The translations under genes were made by a program, and so were the position numbers. Below the pieces are notes generated by a model. That model did no database searches. It was not told the DNA's origin and saw only the letters and a list, made by a program, of their open reading frames with translations. From the NCBI GenBank assembly GCA_973895155.1, contig OZ316894.1, positions 9,076,234 to 9,140,233 of the forward strand: a stretch of DNA of 64,000 nt, written 5' to 3'. The stretch is from Marsupella aquatica (Eukaryota > Plantae > Marchantiophyta). The stretch's first letter is position 1. Every line of letters starts with the position of its first letter. Of this stretch, positions 12,009-24,200 are shown piece by piece.

Positions 12009-13067
12009 TTGCACTCTGATATAAGAAGAAAACTCTTGATTTTGGACCTGAACAAAATTTGTTGGGATTGCGTCAAAACAAAAAGCTCGGGACCGTTAAG
12101 ATCTACAACAATTGTGCAGGGTGTGCATTGGGGGAGACGGGGTGGATTCAATCTCATGTACGTGGAAAGGCCAGGGTTGCACCAATTTTTGGAGGTGGCT
12201 TTCAAAGGTTTTGATGTCGCATTGTGGACTTGTGCGGGGAGGCCAAGAACTAATGAAATGATGAATTTGATTTTCAAAGAAGAGGAGCGGAGGCAATTTA
12301 AATTTGTTTTCACACAAGAAGATGCTTTTGATACTGGCATAAAAAGACCGGACGTAGCAAATGGGAAAACAAATATTATGTTGAAGGATTTGCGTGTGGT
12401 GTGGAGTCGTTTTGGAGACAAGTATGATTATACAAACACTCTACTTATTGATGACTCTCCAGTGAAGGCTTTTGCAAATCCACAGTATAGTGGTTTGTTC
12501 CCAACTCCCTTCTCACACATTGTCGAGAGTGACATTTTTCTACCAGAGATACTTTGGCCATTCCTTAGAAAATTGTGGAAGGCTTATGACATCCGACAAT
12601 ATATATCTGTCAACAATCCACTTTGGTCATTTGTTAATATAAATGATGATCGTGAAAGTAATGTTGCAATCTATGCTTTACTTTCCCATAAGTGGGGAAG
12701 TAAGATTTGGCGTTCCAAGATTGAGTATACCATCTTGGATGTCACTGGAGATGAGATATGTTGGGAAGTGAGGGATATGGTACAATCCTACCCTACATTT
12801 GAGAACCTGACCGAAGATGATATGAAAGATGTGGTCAACAACTGTTTGGGCGAGTCTTATGCAGGTCCCTTCAGAGAAAATCCTCGCCGATTTGTCTGGG
12901 AAGTTCTAAAGACTAGGGATCTCACCTCTAAGTTTAAAAACCGTTATCCCAAAGACACTTGCACTCGTGACAGACTATATGACCCAAATGGAGAGCGACT
13001 CACTTGTTCAAATCAGTCATGTAGACATATTCATGGAGGCATAGACTTTGAAATTTTAGATGATTAA
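12009..13067 (+). CDS. FCP1/SCP (NIF) HAD-superfamily phosphatase-like domain, terminal exon (acceptor AG at 11993-11994)
   Basis: KLLILDLNKIC (motif I, DxN variant), RPGLHQFL, ALWTCA (II), KDLRVVW (III), NTLLIDDSPVKAFANP (IV). C-terminal C-x14-C-x4-C-x3-H. Confidence 0.85.
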   Translation: MHSDIRRKLLILDLNKICWDCVKTKSSGPLRSTTIVQGVHWGRRGGFNLMYVERPGLHQFLEVAFKGFDVALWTCAGRPRTNEMMNLIFKEEERRQFKFVFTQEDAFDTGIKRPDVANGKTNIMLKDLRVVWSRFGDKYDYTNTLLIDDSPVKAFANPQYSGLFPTPFSHIVESDIFLPEILWPFLRKLWKAYDIRQYISVNNPLWSFVNINDDRESNVAIYALLSHKWGSKIWRSKIEYTILDVTGDEICWEVRDMVQSYPTFENLTEDDMKDVVNNCLGESYAGPFRENPRRFVWEVLKTRDLTSKFKNRYPKDTCTRDRLYDPNGERLTCSNQSCRHIHGGIDFEILDD

Positions 13068-15863
13068 TCATTATGTTTCTGTACATTGTAGGACACAAGA
13101 TTGGAGTCATGCAATCGTTTTTCTATTTCACAGGTCATAGAACTACTTTGGACTTTACACTAGCTTGACCATTGGAGTAGGATCGACATTATGGCTAGCC
13201 AACCTTGAATATATTTTATGATAAATGAGATGATTAATCTCACTTTGAATTTAATCATGAGTTTTTGACCAAATGATACATGTTTGTCACTTATCTATTT
13301 AATTTCAAATACAATTAATATTAATATTTTCTGTATTATGATTAATTGATTAAAATCAAATTTGGAGTGCAAAAGTGTAATTTTAAACCAAAAAGAGTGT
13401 ATATTTAGTCTTGAAAATTTGTTTATTTGGAGCAAAATTAATGGACTTTTTAGAGACAAGAATGTAAATTTGAGGATCACAATCTGGACTTTTAAATTTC
13501 CAGTTTTAATGAATACTATGATACTTGTGAAAATGCAGATGTACATGCTGGTAGATGTGAGGGTTGATCCAATTAGAAGGTAGCATGATTTTTTTATTGT
13601 TTTTGAAAGTCTAGCTGGAAAAACTTCATGTTACATATTGGCCATTTCTCAAACTACTATATAGGACTCAACTGGTTCCAAACGGGGTTCCAAATAGCAT
13701 CCACTAATTGCTCATAGGCTAGCAGCAGAACGAGAATACAATTGCTTCAGATAATTCAAGGGTTAATTGATAACCTTTCATCTTAGCGGTCAACATGAGT
13801 AATTGGAGGGCTTTGCAAGCATACACAAGAAGTCACGACCTTGGATAGCCAGCCTAATTGGACCTTGGATTTCATATTACAGAAAACTTTGCCTACCTAT
13901 TTTTTTTTGAAGGTTAGTTTATGGACGCTGAATATTTGACCGGGGGATATCTACTTTACAATTAGACTGCAAGGTGACGTCACAATGGCCATTGTTATTG
14001 CAATGTTTTGAGTTTTTCTCTGAAGAAGATGGTTGATGGTGCAGCCTCTCTTCACTTTTGTTGAACAGCTATGGGGATTGGGCGGAGGGGACTCTGGGGG
14101 AGCAGAGAGAGGAGGGGACGCTTACTAAGGGGAGATGGGTTAATTTTGGCCAAATAAACCAGCTGATAATTGATTAATTGTCAATTCCTTTCTATGATTG
14201 CTCGACATCAATGATTATTTGATTTTTTTCACCGATGGTTTACAGAACTATGGGCAAATTAAAAGAAACTTTTCAGATCTCTTTTTGAATCTATTGATGG
14301 ATTGCCTTTAATTTTATCCTTGTTACCTTAATTTCAATTTAAGTGTTGAATTGTGTTGGAGCTTGTAAACAGCTTGCGTCGATTTCAGAATCAGCCTGCA
14401 TTTGATTTCTGATTGCCTCTGCTTTTGATTTTGGTTTGGTTTCCTATTTTGAAGGACTATTTTAATCTGATTGAATTCAATAATAGTTTGATTTCTCTAT
14501 GTCCTCTTCAACATAGTGATTAATGTTTATGGAAAGAGCTGATTTTCTTCATTTCAGTTGAAGCTGCAGCAGCATGCAAATTTGTTGAATATATGGCCTC
14601 CATAGCCATAGCATGGTGGTTGGAGCAACGGTGTGTTGAAGGAGGAGATGTTGAAGAAAACAACAATTCTTGCAGCTTTTCTTAAACTGTCTAGAAAACA
14701 CCCTCAGGATGGATTAAAATCAATGGGCGTTTTTTAAATAAGGTAAATAGAAACCTCCCCATGCCTGCTGGATTACCAGATACAACAAAAGAAAATAACC
14801 CATGTGGCCAGGTAAATACAATTTATTTTTCCTGTTATGAAATGATGGGTTAGCCATACAGCACAGCCATGTGATTGCCTGGGTGATGCATACTGCACAA
14901 ATCCACACACAGCCAAATTCCTGATAACAAAACTATGATGTCAAGCTAGGGTTGCTAACTTGGTGAGTCTTCAAACTTGAGATTGCATTCTAGACATACT
15001 ATTAGAAATTGTACTTCATTACAAGTACCTAGTTGTCCGAAGCAAAGGTGTTTTGCATCACTCTGAACGAAAAATGATGACAAAGTTTTACGGCATCCAT
15101 GTCCCCAGCGGTTGTTAACCCTAAATTGAAAGTTTAGGGTGACAAATTGTCTATTTTCCGGTTCATAACACTAGAAATCACATGACACATGGGGAAACCC
15201 TAAACCAGAACCCAGCCTTCTTCAATATGAGGCCATTTGAGGACCAAGGAACTCTGGTGTGAGCAGCAATCCAAGTCTGGTGGTTACCTTCCTCTGGATC
15301 TCTTTATTTCTCCGTTACTTTGGTTACACCAGTTCTCTAATTCTCCTTGTACATATAAATTATGTCATTTAGAACTTGCAGCTAAAGACTTTGCAACTTA
15401 CTGCAATGCATGTTCCAGCAAGGCTTCTATGAGTAAATCCTTGTAGTATTTTTCTTGTGTATTGAGTGTCTTTGTTTACCTCCCTCCCTTCAGATCCCCA
15501 CCTCTTCAACATGACCTTTGGAAGAGGGTTCGTAGCATGACAGACGTAAATGAGCTAGAGAAAACAAATTATTAGATTATACTTGAGACATTGAAATTTT
15601 GATTTAACTTCAAACGTGTTTGTGGCTTTTTCAATTCATTGATCACCTGCATAACATGAGATTCTCTTCATGGTAACCAAGCATGAAGAGCTCAATGACA
15701 AGATGAATTCAAACATCCACTTATTTACACCTGGCCTAGTCCTCCTTCCTACAAGTGATTGGCACTGCAACATTTCTCAAATGAAATCTTTGGCAACCCC
15801 GCTTTACAGTCTGGCCTAGTACTTACAGAGGAAACAACCCCGTCATCACATGCTACTTTCAAG

Positions 15864-18800
15864 ATGAATTTCAGATTTACCAAGAGTAGGTCCCTTATTT
15901 CCCGTTATTACACTCCTCGAGGTCGTTACAGGAATTCCGGAAGATACTGGGATTATGCCTTATATCCATTTTGGGATGAAATGAATGTTGGAATAGCGCA
16001 AGGTGCTGTGCAGTCTTTTGTTAGACCTCCAGAGATTTCAAGTCCCTTCAGCTCTTGCAATCGAGAGCTGAACATTGAGACTACACCTCGAACATTGAGA
16101 TTGACAACACCTTCTTGCTCACCTTCTTCCTCAACAGTGAATGTACATTGGCTTGAGACACCTACATCTCACATCTTTCGGGCAGATGTTCCTGGTAAGT
16201 CTTTACTTTATCCCTTCATTATTATTTGTCAATAATTATTAGCAATGTCCTATCACTCATCGTCTCTGAAAGGCTTTAGAACCATAGTTTCTTGAAACAA
16301 TAATAATAGAAACCATGACCATAAATTTTTACAAGCATGGCAAATAGCAATTTGATGGGAGCCTTATTTTGAGCACCCAATTGAAATGTGTTTTGGTAGG
16401 GCCCATTGACAGCCACGGTTTAACCAAAGAGAGTATTTTATTTATTAGTTTTGTGTACTATGGACAATAACTCATAAGGTGGGAAAAAGTATTTGTTCCA
16501 ACTATTCATCTTATCCAAAATGAAATTGCTTACCATTTCATATAGTGAAGGAATAAAGGAAGGGAATGTTCCTACATGTTGATACCTAGCCACTGATTTT
16601 CATATTAAGTAGATGATTCATGGGCTAGCAGGGCTCTGGACAAACAATAGTTCTGTCCACAGGGGCAAATGCCAGATGACTTGAGGAAACACAGGGTCAC
16701 GTCATATATGATATTGAGCCACAATAATGTGTGGTGCAAGCTTAGGTGTGATACATAGCATATATATTTATGAACGGCATCATGTTCATGTTTGGATGTG
16801 AGGTCAGTCTGCATGTGTGGCAAACATAGAAAACAAAATATTGAACAATGTGGATTATTTGCATTAGCACCCCCAGCGCAAAATACAGGGAATCTTCAAT
16901 AGCATAAAACTTCAGACCTATGCATCTTACAGTCATGAATGTAGGTCTTGATGTCCAAGGCTTAATCACTATGAAAGTAAGGTCTACAAAAAGCTCCAAT
17001 GTAACTGGCAGACCAAGTACTTTGATTAAGTGCTCATTTCATAAGCTCATATGATTTGCAATTTCTTGTAAGATTCTCTTTTATTATTGATCAATTTTTT
17101 TAAAGTACATTAGAATACAATTTCACTCTACAGAAACCATTACATTTTTTCTCAAACTTTGCTCCTCAGGTTCTGGTACGCAAAAAAAAGTTCATTTGAA
17201 AGGGGGCCTGCCTTGGGTGTCTAACAGTATCAAAATATGATTGTCTCTAGAAAAGTCCAAAGGGCAATTTTAGGGAGCGCAGTATTCTCCTCTTCTCTTC
17301 TCTTCTTTTGATTATGTCGAGCAGATTCTGTTTAGAAAACGGCCAATATATATTTGCAAGAAGGCTAGCTAGATTATTGTTCATTATTCTCATACATTAT
17401 ACTTAGGTACTTTTTGTCAGCCTTTCATAAGAATTAATTTCAACTTTACTACCACATGTGTGGCTATGCTATAACAGGTTTGAGGAGAGAGGATCTTTCT
17501 ATATTAGTGGAGGGGTCAACTTTGCAAATTAGTGGCCATCGAAACCTTGACCGCATCCCAACTGATGTGAATGAACGAATACAGTGGGAAGTTTCATTTG
17601 TGAGGCGGTTTAGGTTACCAACAACTGCAGTCATGGAACAGATCAGTGCTATGCTTGATCATGGGGTTTTGACATTAACAATCCCCAAAATACCAATACC
17701 TCCATCTGTTTCATGGTTTGTACCAATTAGTGGTTGCCCTTCACAAGTTATAATAAGGAATTGGAGTCCACAAGAGCAAACTCAACCAGATTCACGTGGG
17801 TCAGACCATGAATCAAACAGTACTTCAATGGTATTGGGAAGGTCTCGAATTGACTCGGAAAGAACTCAAGAATGTAATTATCCTGCAAGCATAAGTGTTC
17901 ATAATATTTCCTTGAAGGGAAGAGATGACACACCCAGTTCGAGTACTAGTGAAATTAATATACCAATAGATCCAAAGTTAACATCAAAAACACTAAATGT
18001 CACCCAAGAAGAAGGAACTGGGCCAAATGCCAAAGTAACACTAAATATTAACATCAATACTGGTAAGGTGTCTGCTGAAGGAGAATCTAGTTCTGCTCAA
18101 ATCACTCCTACAAGTCAAATGGAAGATCAAAAGTTTTTGCTGGATGGGAGCCCTAGGCCCTCTTCTCGATCTCGTTCAATATCTCCACCTCTTTCTACCT
18201 CGAAACCCAGATCCTCTTTGGCTCAACTACAAGATTATCAGGCTGATGAAGTTGACCCTCCTCCTTCTTTCTTAAGGCGCAAGTCCTCTCTACAAATAGA
18301 CGATGATCAAGAAATTGACCCTCCTCCTTCTACCTCAAGGCGTAAGTCTTCTATACAAATAGATGATGATCAAGAAATTGACCCTCCTCCTTCTACCTCA
18401 AGGCGTAAGTCTTCTATACAAATAGATGATGATCAAGATAATGACCCGTCTCCTCCTTCCTCAAGACGTAAGTCCTCTATACAAATGGACAATAATGAAG
18501 ATGTAGACCCTCCTTCCTCAAAGCGCCAGTCCATTATGCAAAATGATGATTTTGAAGATGATGATTTTGGTCCTCGTCCTTCAGCATTGAAGCGCAAGTC
18601 TTCAGTAAAAAAGGATGATCCAAGGGCCCCAGAAGTAGAAAACATGGACAAAAGGCCAAGTTTGGGAAGACAAAAGACAAAACAATTTACAAAAAGAGGT
18701 TCCCAAAGGCAGCCCTCAGTAGTTGCAAATGATGACAGGAATGATGAAGGAAAAAGAACATCCAATGCAGAAGATTTTGTAAGCAATGAGAAACGAAGAT

Positions 18801-19252
18801 CCTCAAAAAGAGGGTCTGCGGTTGTTGAAAATGATGAAGGAGATGATGAAAGAGGAAGTACCTCAAAAAGAGAGGATTCTAGGATCAATGAGAGGCGAAG
18901 ATCCTCAAAAAGAGATTCCAGTATTGTACAGAGACAACCATCAAATTTTGTGGAAGATGACGAGGACGAAGACACATCTGATGTGGATGATTATACATTC
19001 AACAAAAGGAAAGGCTCTACAAAAGACCGCTCTAAGTCTCAAGAGAGAAGGGAGTCTAGAAGAGAATCCTCTCCAGGGAGTGTTAGGCGGAAATCAAGCT
19101 TGGCAAAGCGAGGGTCAGTTGCAAAGGCAGAAGGGGGGAGAAGAGAATCAACAGATAATTTCTCTAGAAGACGTGAATCTAGTTTAGGTTTAGGAGCTGA
19201 TTTAGCAGCCTCCTCTACTTTTGATGCCCGTGAAGACGTGGAAGAAACCTAA
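15864..19252 (+). CDS. Alpha-crystallin/HSP20-domain protein with ~500-aa acidic/basic disordered C-terminal extension (~701 aa; exons 15864-16194, 17478-19252)
   Basis: VHWLETPTSHIFRADVPG|LRREDLSILVEGSTLQISG..FVRRFRLP..ISAMLDHGVLTLTIPK is a plant sHSP ACD split by a phase-1 intron (GT 16195, AG 17476-17477). The start codon is inferred. Confidence 0.85.
18241..18530 (+). repeat. 60-bp coding tandem repeat (20 aa DDDQEIDPPPSTSRRKSSIQI, ~5 copies)
   Basis: Visible in both DNA and protein. Confidence 0.9.
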
Positions 19253-22200
19253 CAACTTTCTAAACTGTGTAACATAAAAGCAATTCCAAGGTACATTCAT
19301 AGAAGAAGACTGTCTTGCATTGACATGATGTACGAGTACAAGGTGAGAACAACTGATCATGGCATCCATAAGCCCTAGTAGGTCCTAAGCCAACGATGTT
19401 TGTTCAACTAAAGAAACTGATATACTCATGAAAAGTAGTCATCTTAAATAAAGCCCCACTGGCTCCCTTGCAAAACCTGGTGGATCCAGGTTACTTAGAT
19501 AGGTTCAAAATGTTCTCAAGAAAGAAAAAAAGTACACTCTTTTGTCCTACCCAAATCTGATGGCCAATGGCCGTGTAAACCATACCTGCCCATATAAAAG
19601 GGCCCATTCCTGCCTGGCTATTGTTCATTCCTGTCCCTTGGTGAACCCTGTGGAGCCCAAGTCCATTTCTAGTGAACCTACACATATACAGTGTATAATA
19701 AGGGCATATACAGGTAGTTGTGATTTGTAAGACTGACATAAAATCACACTTTCATACTGCCAGCTAGTCCACTATATATTCCCTCACATTGTAAAGCTGA
19801 GGGACTCTAAAAAATGTCTAACAATGCAAATCATATCAGGGCGGCTTTACAAGATGTGTGGCACTTTTGGCTATTTTACCATTCAAGCAAGCCCGATGGC
19901 CACTTCTTGTTGTAAAGAGAGACTCCCTACCAAAAGTCTTTGACACGAAGCTCACTAAATACACATCCCTTGAATAACAAAGCCAAAGTCTGAAAATGTA
20001 TGGACCACCCAAGTAAAAATAAGGACCTTTTTGCTTGATAGGACCCCAAAATGAATGTGTTACTTGATAGGACCTCTGAAGTTTTTGGTACGTTGATTCA
20101 AGGTTTATCAACATCAATCAACTGTCTGGATCACTCTGGGGTCCATCAAGCAAATTCCTCTTGAAATAAGGGGCCAAACTATGGAAAAGTTTGGACAATC
20201 TGTTGGTCCAAACTCCTAGATAAATCAGCACTTCACATCAGCGTATACTTGGGCCAATTGGGTGTCATGCAGGATCTGTAGACACCATCTTGAAGGGGGC
20301 GGAGTTCTTCTAAAGCCAACTCCCCCAGCCCTTTCCATTCAGTTACAGATCTAATCTTAGAGGGGCAAAAAACTAATTTCTAATTTTATTTTGCTTGAAC
20401 CCCACCAATGGGGAACTAGCAGGCCAACAAAGCATGCTCCTGCCCCCACAAGAGCAGGGCCCTCATGCAAGGGCCAGAGGCCAGAAAGCCATGCAGCGCT
20501 CTCATAAAGGGGGTTCATAAATAATTCTTGTCGCACAAAACACAAACCAGTAAGACAACCAATCAATGCGTCAAAAGCCAAAAAGAAGGAAATAGAATTA
20601 TTATGGTGTGGGGAGCTAAAGCATGCAAGCAACACCTTTGCAAATCTTCCTAGAAATTCTCGTTCTTTGGCAGAAGGTATATGCTTGATGGAATCCCTAG
20701 TGGAAACCTGTGGTGATGACCCGTTTCATTGAGTGTTAGAGCTTGGACCCCATCCCAAACTCCATGTGCCTGTCAAGTTCTGTGCCATAATGTGGGGTTC
20801 AGCCTTACCACGTTACACTAGGCAATAGCATAGTACAACTTGCAAGGGTAGACTGATGCAGTGCCGAGCCTATCACAGAACGCAACTTTGGGTCGCCTGA
20901 TGTATTCTTGTGAAGACATAATTATGGATTATGTCTTCGTTGGGTTTTTGAATTTTAGTGCTCAAGAAGTTAATATATGTCTCGGGACTGATCAACTTCT
21001 GTACAAAACTCTGTCTCATGGGTGTCGGCTGAGGCAAAGGTGGGGGCGGGGTGTAAGAGTGGACGAGGTGGATGGTGACAATGGAACTTTTTGGACCCTA
21101 AACATGGATATTTAGTACAACTTTTCTGACATGATTGGTTTTCTGTAGCATGATTTTTATCTTCCCGAAGACATAAACCCTATTATATTCACTTTGCGTT
21201 TCAATTTGAGATGGACATCATTGTTTTGGTTGGCCCTAAACTTTCATGGTTTAGTATCCTTTACAAGAAATACCTGACACAAAATTTTAAAGAGGGGTTC
21301 AAACTTGAAACTCTAATGAAAATTTAGTCGTGCCATCATTGCAACTTTTCCAGTCATGGGTCCATAAGCACATACCTCTCCTTGGTAGACAACCTCGACA
21401 TTCACTGAAAATAAAACATGGTAGAACGATGATGATAGCGTCATGAGTTCTCCTTACAAGATTCGTGGACCCACACTACACTAAAGCATTTCGTTCGTGT
21501 GAGTCCCGCAAAATGGCAATAATTCTTGCGTAGTAGACATTCTGCAGTACTACGTGTCATGCCTCATCATTATCATCTTCGCGACTGATTCACTGATCTC
21601 TGTCAAGCTGGAGTTCTGGATAATAAATTTTCTAGATGACTGGATCGATGGATCGCTGACCTGATCGCTATGGTGGGGTACTCCCCACTAAAGACTGGAG
21701 CATGGCTCTCTGAAAATCTGACTTCGTCCCTCGGTTCCTGTGAAGAACGGCGACGTATTGGTCCTTTGGAGACTGCATGGGAAGGTAGACATTCCATCAC
21801 GGTCACGGCCCCACAAGTCCACACTCATCAGTGACACTGAGCGACGAGCGAAGGACTGAAAAAGAGATCGATCAGTCTCATGCGTGTCGATATGACACTA
21901 AACAGTTGTTTGTTAGCTGGTTAACAAAGTCCAGTACAGTACGTTCGACAGGGAATCAAGCGAAGAAACTCGTCAAGTAAGTGAGCAGCAAACCCACCTG
22001 GTGACCTGGATGATGCTGATCATAGTCTAGCGTAACGCCTTATTCCCAGTCTTTCTGATCTCCTGTAGCTCTCGGGTCCAGATAGAGTATGATTGTATTT
22101 CATCTAGGTCGGCAAGAGCTACTGTATTCCAACGGCATCCGATTCAGTTCAGGAACAGCCCAGAAAGTAAAGCGGAGCGCCGAGTTAGTTGAGAAAGGTG

Positions 22201-22693
22201 CATGCCTCTCGAAGATTTTCAGTGCCAGCCCTAAACAATGTGTCATTCGGAGATTTTGGTGAGCGATATCTACGTCGACCGAAGTAAACTTCTTGCACCC
22301 TGGCTATGCATTCACTTTGGCAGCATTATTCTGCGCTTCAATTCAAGATTTCGAGACGGGTCGACGAGACTAGACCAAAATAAACCTGAATACCAATCGG
22401 ATCGCAATGATTCGATCGAGCTCGGGTCCAGTACAGTACGTACAACTAGCTAGGGCATCTGGAGCCAGGCTTTGCGTAGAAAGTACGACGGTATATTGAT
22501 ATCACTGGCTATTTGGCTAAGCTGGGCTTAGCTCCAGAAACGTAGTTCTCCCGGCCCACCGTTCGACTGTAGTCTTTTATGATGCTGACTCGGAATAGTT
22601 GGGTGTCAGTATCTGAACTGTTTCATACTACGGGGACACTGATCAGGTCCAGTCTGCTTGCGTTTCCCTTCAATCCTCCTCCTTTTCCTTGAT

Positions 22694-22929
22694 AATTGTG
22701 CACTTTTCGGGGTCTCTGTAATTGCAGTGGCCCAGTGCCCCCCAAAGGCGAGGTCAATAGAGGAATGAATGACGGAACACTGATGAGCACCAGGATGAGC
22801 AGGATGACCGATGAGCGATGTCATCGCCCAACGCAGTCGACGTTATTGCCACCAGCAAGGGAGCTATTCTTCTCCTGTGACGGTGGGCACTGTACTGTAC
22901 TGAAATCGGTCATCGGGAAGCGCGAAATT
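22694..22929 (+). ncRNA. Candidate long imperfect hairpin (pre-miRNA-like)
   Basis: Nested helices found by eye: 22694-22714/22909-22929, 22723-22729/22893-22899, CAGTGCCC 22733-40/GGGCACTG 22885-92, 22746-60/22864-76 and 22768-74/22841-47. G:U pairs favour the plus strand. No match to conserved miRNAs that I know. Confidence 0.3.
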
Positions 22930-23339
22930 GACCTCCGAATATATACAATAAAGCTCTCAGGTACGCTTTCATTCATTCTGTCAGATCTCGTACTGGATAC
23001 ATAATAATTACATATGGAATGTTACAATCTAGCTTGTGAATCTTGTTACGGTTGCAGCAGGTCTCGACTCTCGACCTTGCTCTAATGATTCATACGTGGT
23101 ACGATCGATGTTATCATACTTGAGACTATAATTCGACCTTATCCTTTCACCTTACAACAGAAACGTCGAGGGAAATGATGTTCCCATGTAGTGAGCCTTG
23201 AACAATGATACCTTTAGACCTTCATTCATTCATACTCTTCGATACTTTTTTCATTTCCAAAGAGTTTTCAACAGCCAAATTTGATCTTCAATATCTCCCG
23301 TCCCTAGCTTGCCATGAATGGAATGATTTTCTTGAGCTG

Positions 23340-23720
23340 GTTTGGAATGGCTTGGGGATATCTTTCCAACCAATCTAATATCTCTAATCTCAATAAGAAT
23401 TGATAGAGTTATAAATTTCTAAAGTTTGTTCAATCTATCACTCTCCACATACACTTGCACTTCCGGCCAGCTACCTTAGTTTGATGTTAAGTGTCTCTGT
23501 CGATTTTTGATAGGATGCTTTAAGGGATTGTTAGAGACTCCTTGGAAAGATCTTTCCAATGAACCAAATATTGTCAAATCTTATTACCAATTGATAGACC
23601 TACACAGTGAGATGGTCACATTCTTGCCATGTTTCACTGATTTATGTAATATGTATTATAAGCACAGAAAAGAACATCCAAATTGCAAAAATTTATCCAA
23701 GCATTTTGGCAAAGAGGAGG
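23340..23720. repeat. Dispersed TE-derived repeat, copy 1, with perfect palindrome TTGGAAAGATCTTTCCAA (23542-23559)
   Basis: Shares ATCTTTCCAA..TCTAAT..AATTGATAGAGTTAT..TTCTAAAG..TTGGAAAGATCTTT..GTCAAAT with 33690-34130. Confidence 0.7.
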
Positions 23721-24131
23721 TCCATCCAGACCAGGTTCAATTTTCCTATAAATTACTGATATGAAAAGCTATGTAACATATCGAACATAAGGGCATGTCA
23801 AAACTTTCATTGAGGCCATGATTGTGCACTGGTGGAATGGAAAGGACGAGCAGAGAACACTAGTTAGAACAATTACAATTCTCCATTCACCTAATACCAG
23901 CATTCAATTCAATTGTAGTTACAGACTTTGGTTTCCTCTTGTCTGTCCATTTGCTCATTCATTCATGTAGGTTCCAGATTAAGCTTGATATATTGACAAT
24001 ATCAGTGCACATATATTAAGCATAATCCAGTACGACTAGGGAAGCTGTTGTCCGCTGCTCATTGCCATTGCCCAATCTGGATGTCAATATAAGTACAAGG
24101 TGCAAATCAGGCTACATATATATGGAACATA

Positions 24132-24200
24132 TGTTGGGTTAATGGTAGAGTAGGTCCATGGGGCCAGACAAGTGTGAGGTTTGATTCTGGTAAACTTCAA
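24132..24200 (+). mobile_element. Degenerate tRNA-derived SINE-like head
   Basis: A-box-like TGGGTTAATGG (24135-45) and B-box-like GGTTTGATTCT (24178-88) at tRNA spacing. No intact cloverleaf. Confidence 0.25.

Larger units (their letters stand above)
7064..13067 (+). pseudogene. Spliced transposon cargo gene: ParB/Srx-like + helical + beta-class amino-(N4C/N6A) DNA methyltransferase-like + FCP1/NIF HAD phosphatase-like + CCCH-like finger
   Basis: Phase-consistent exons 7064-7232, 7676-9192, 9405-11692, 11768-11863 and 11995-13067, all with GT-AG introns. Lesions: TAG 9190-9192 directly before a donor, TGA 11004-11006, and a frame change around 11166-11258. Motifs: FEIPVKSI..YRMFNQAHALEIAKSM..FLAISGQHS (ParB-N-like); LAIVDFS..NPHAKPRHMLKNIIECFSGEGEIVLDFFSGG (N6_N4_Mtase-like); LLILDLN..RPGLHQFL..VALWT..KDL..LLIDDSP (NIF). 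Confidence 0.72.
1234..13100. mobile_element. Large two-gene DNA transposon (transposase plus divergent cargo gene); boundaries not resolved
   Basis: Head-to-head transposase and cargo gene, both with similar decay and sharing an element-specific palindromic motif. The left side abuts the Harbinger TIR. No right TIR could be identified. Confidence 0.7.

Noticed and set aside
13100-14300. Right terminus (TIR) of the large transposon
   Set aside because: No recognisable TIR or TSD, and the partner end is outside the window, so it cannot be tested.
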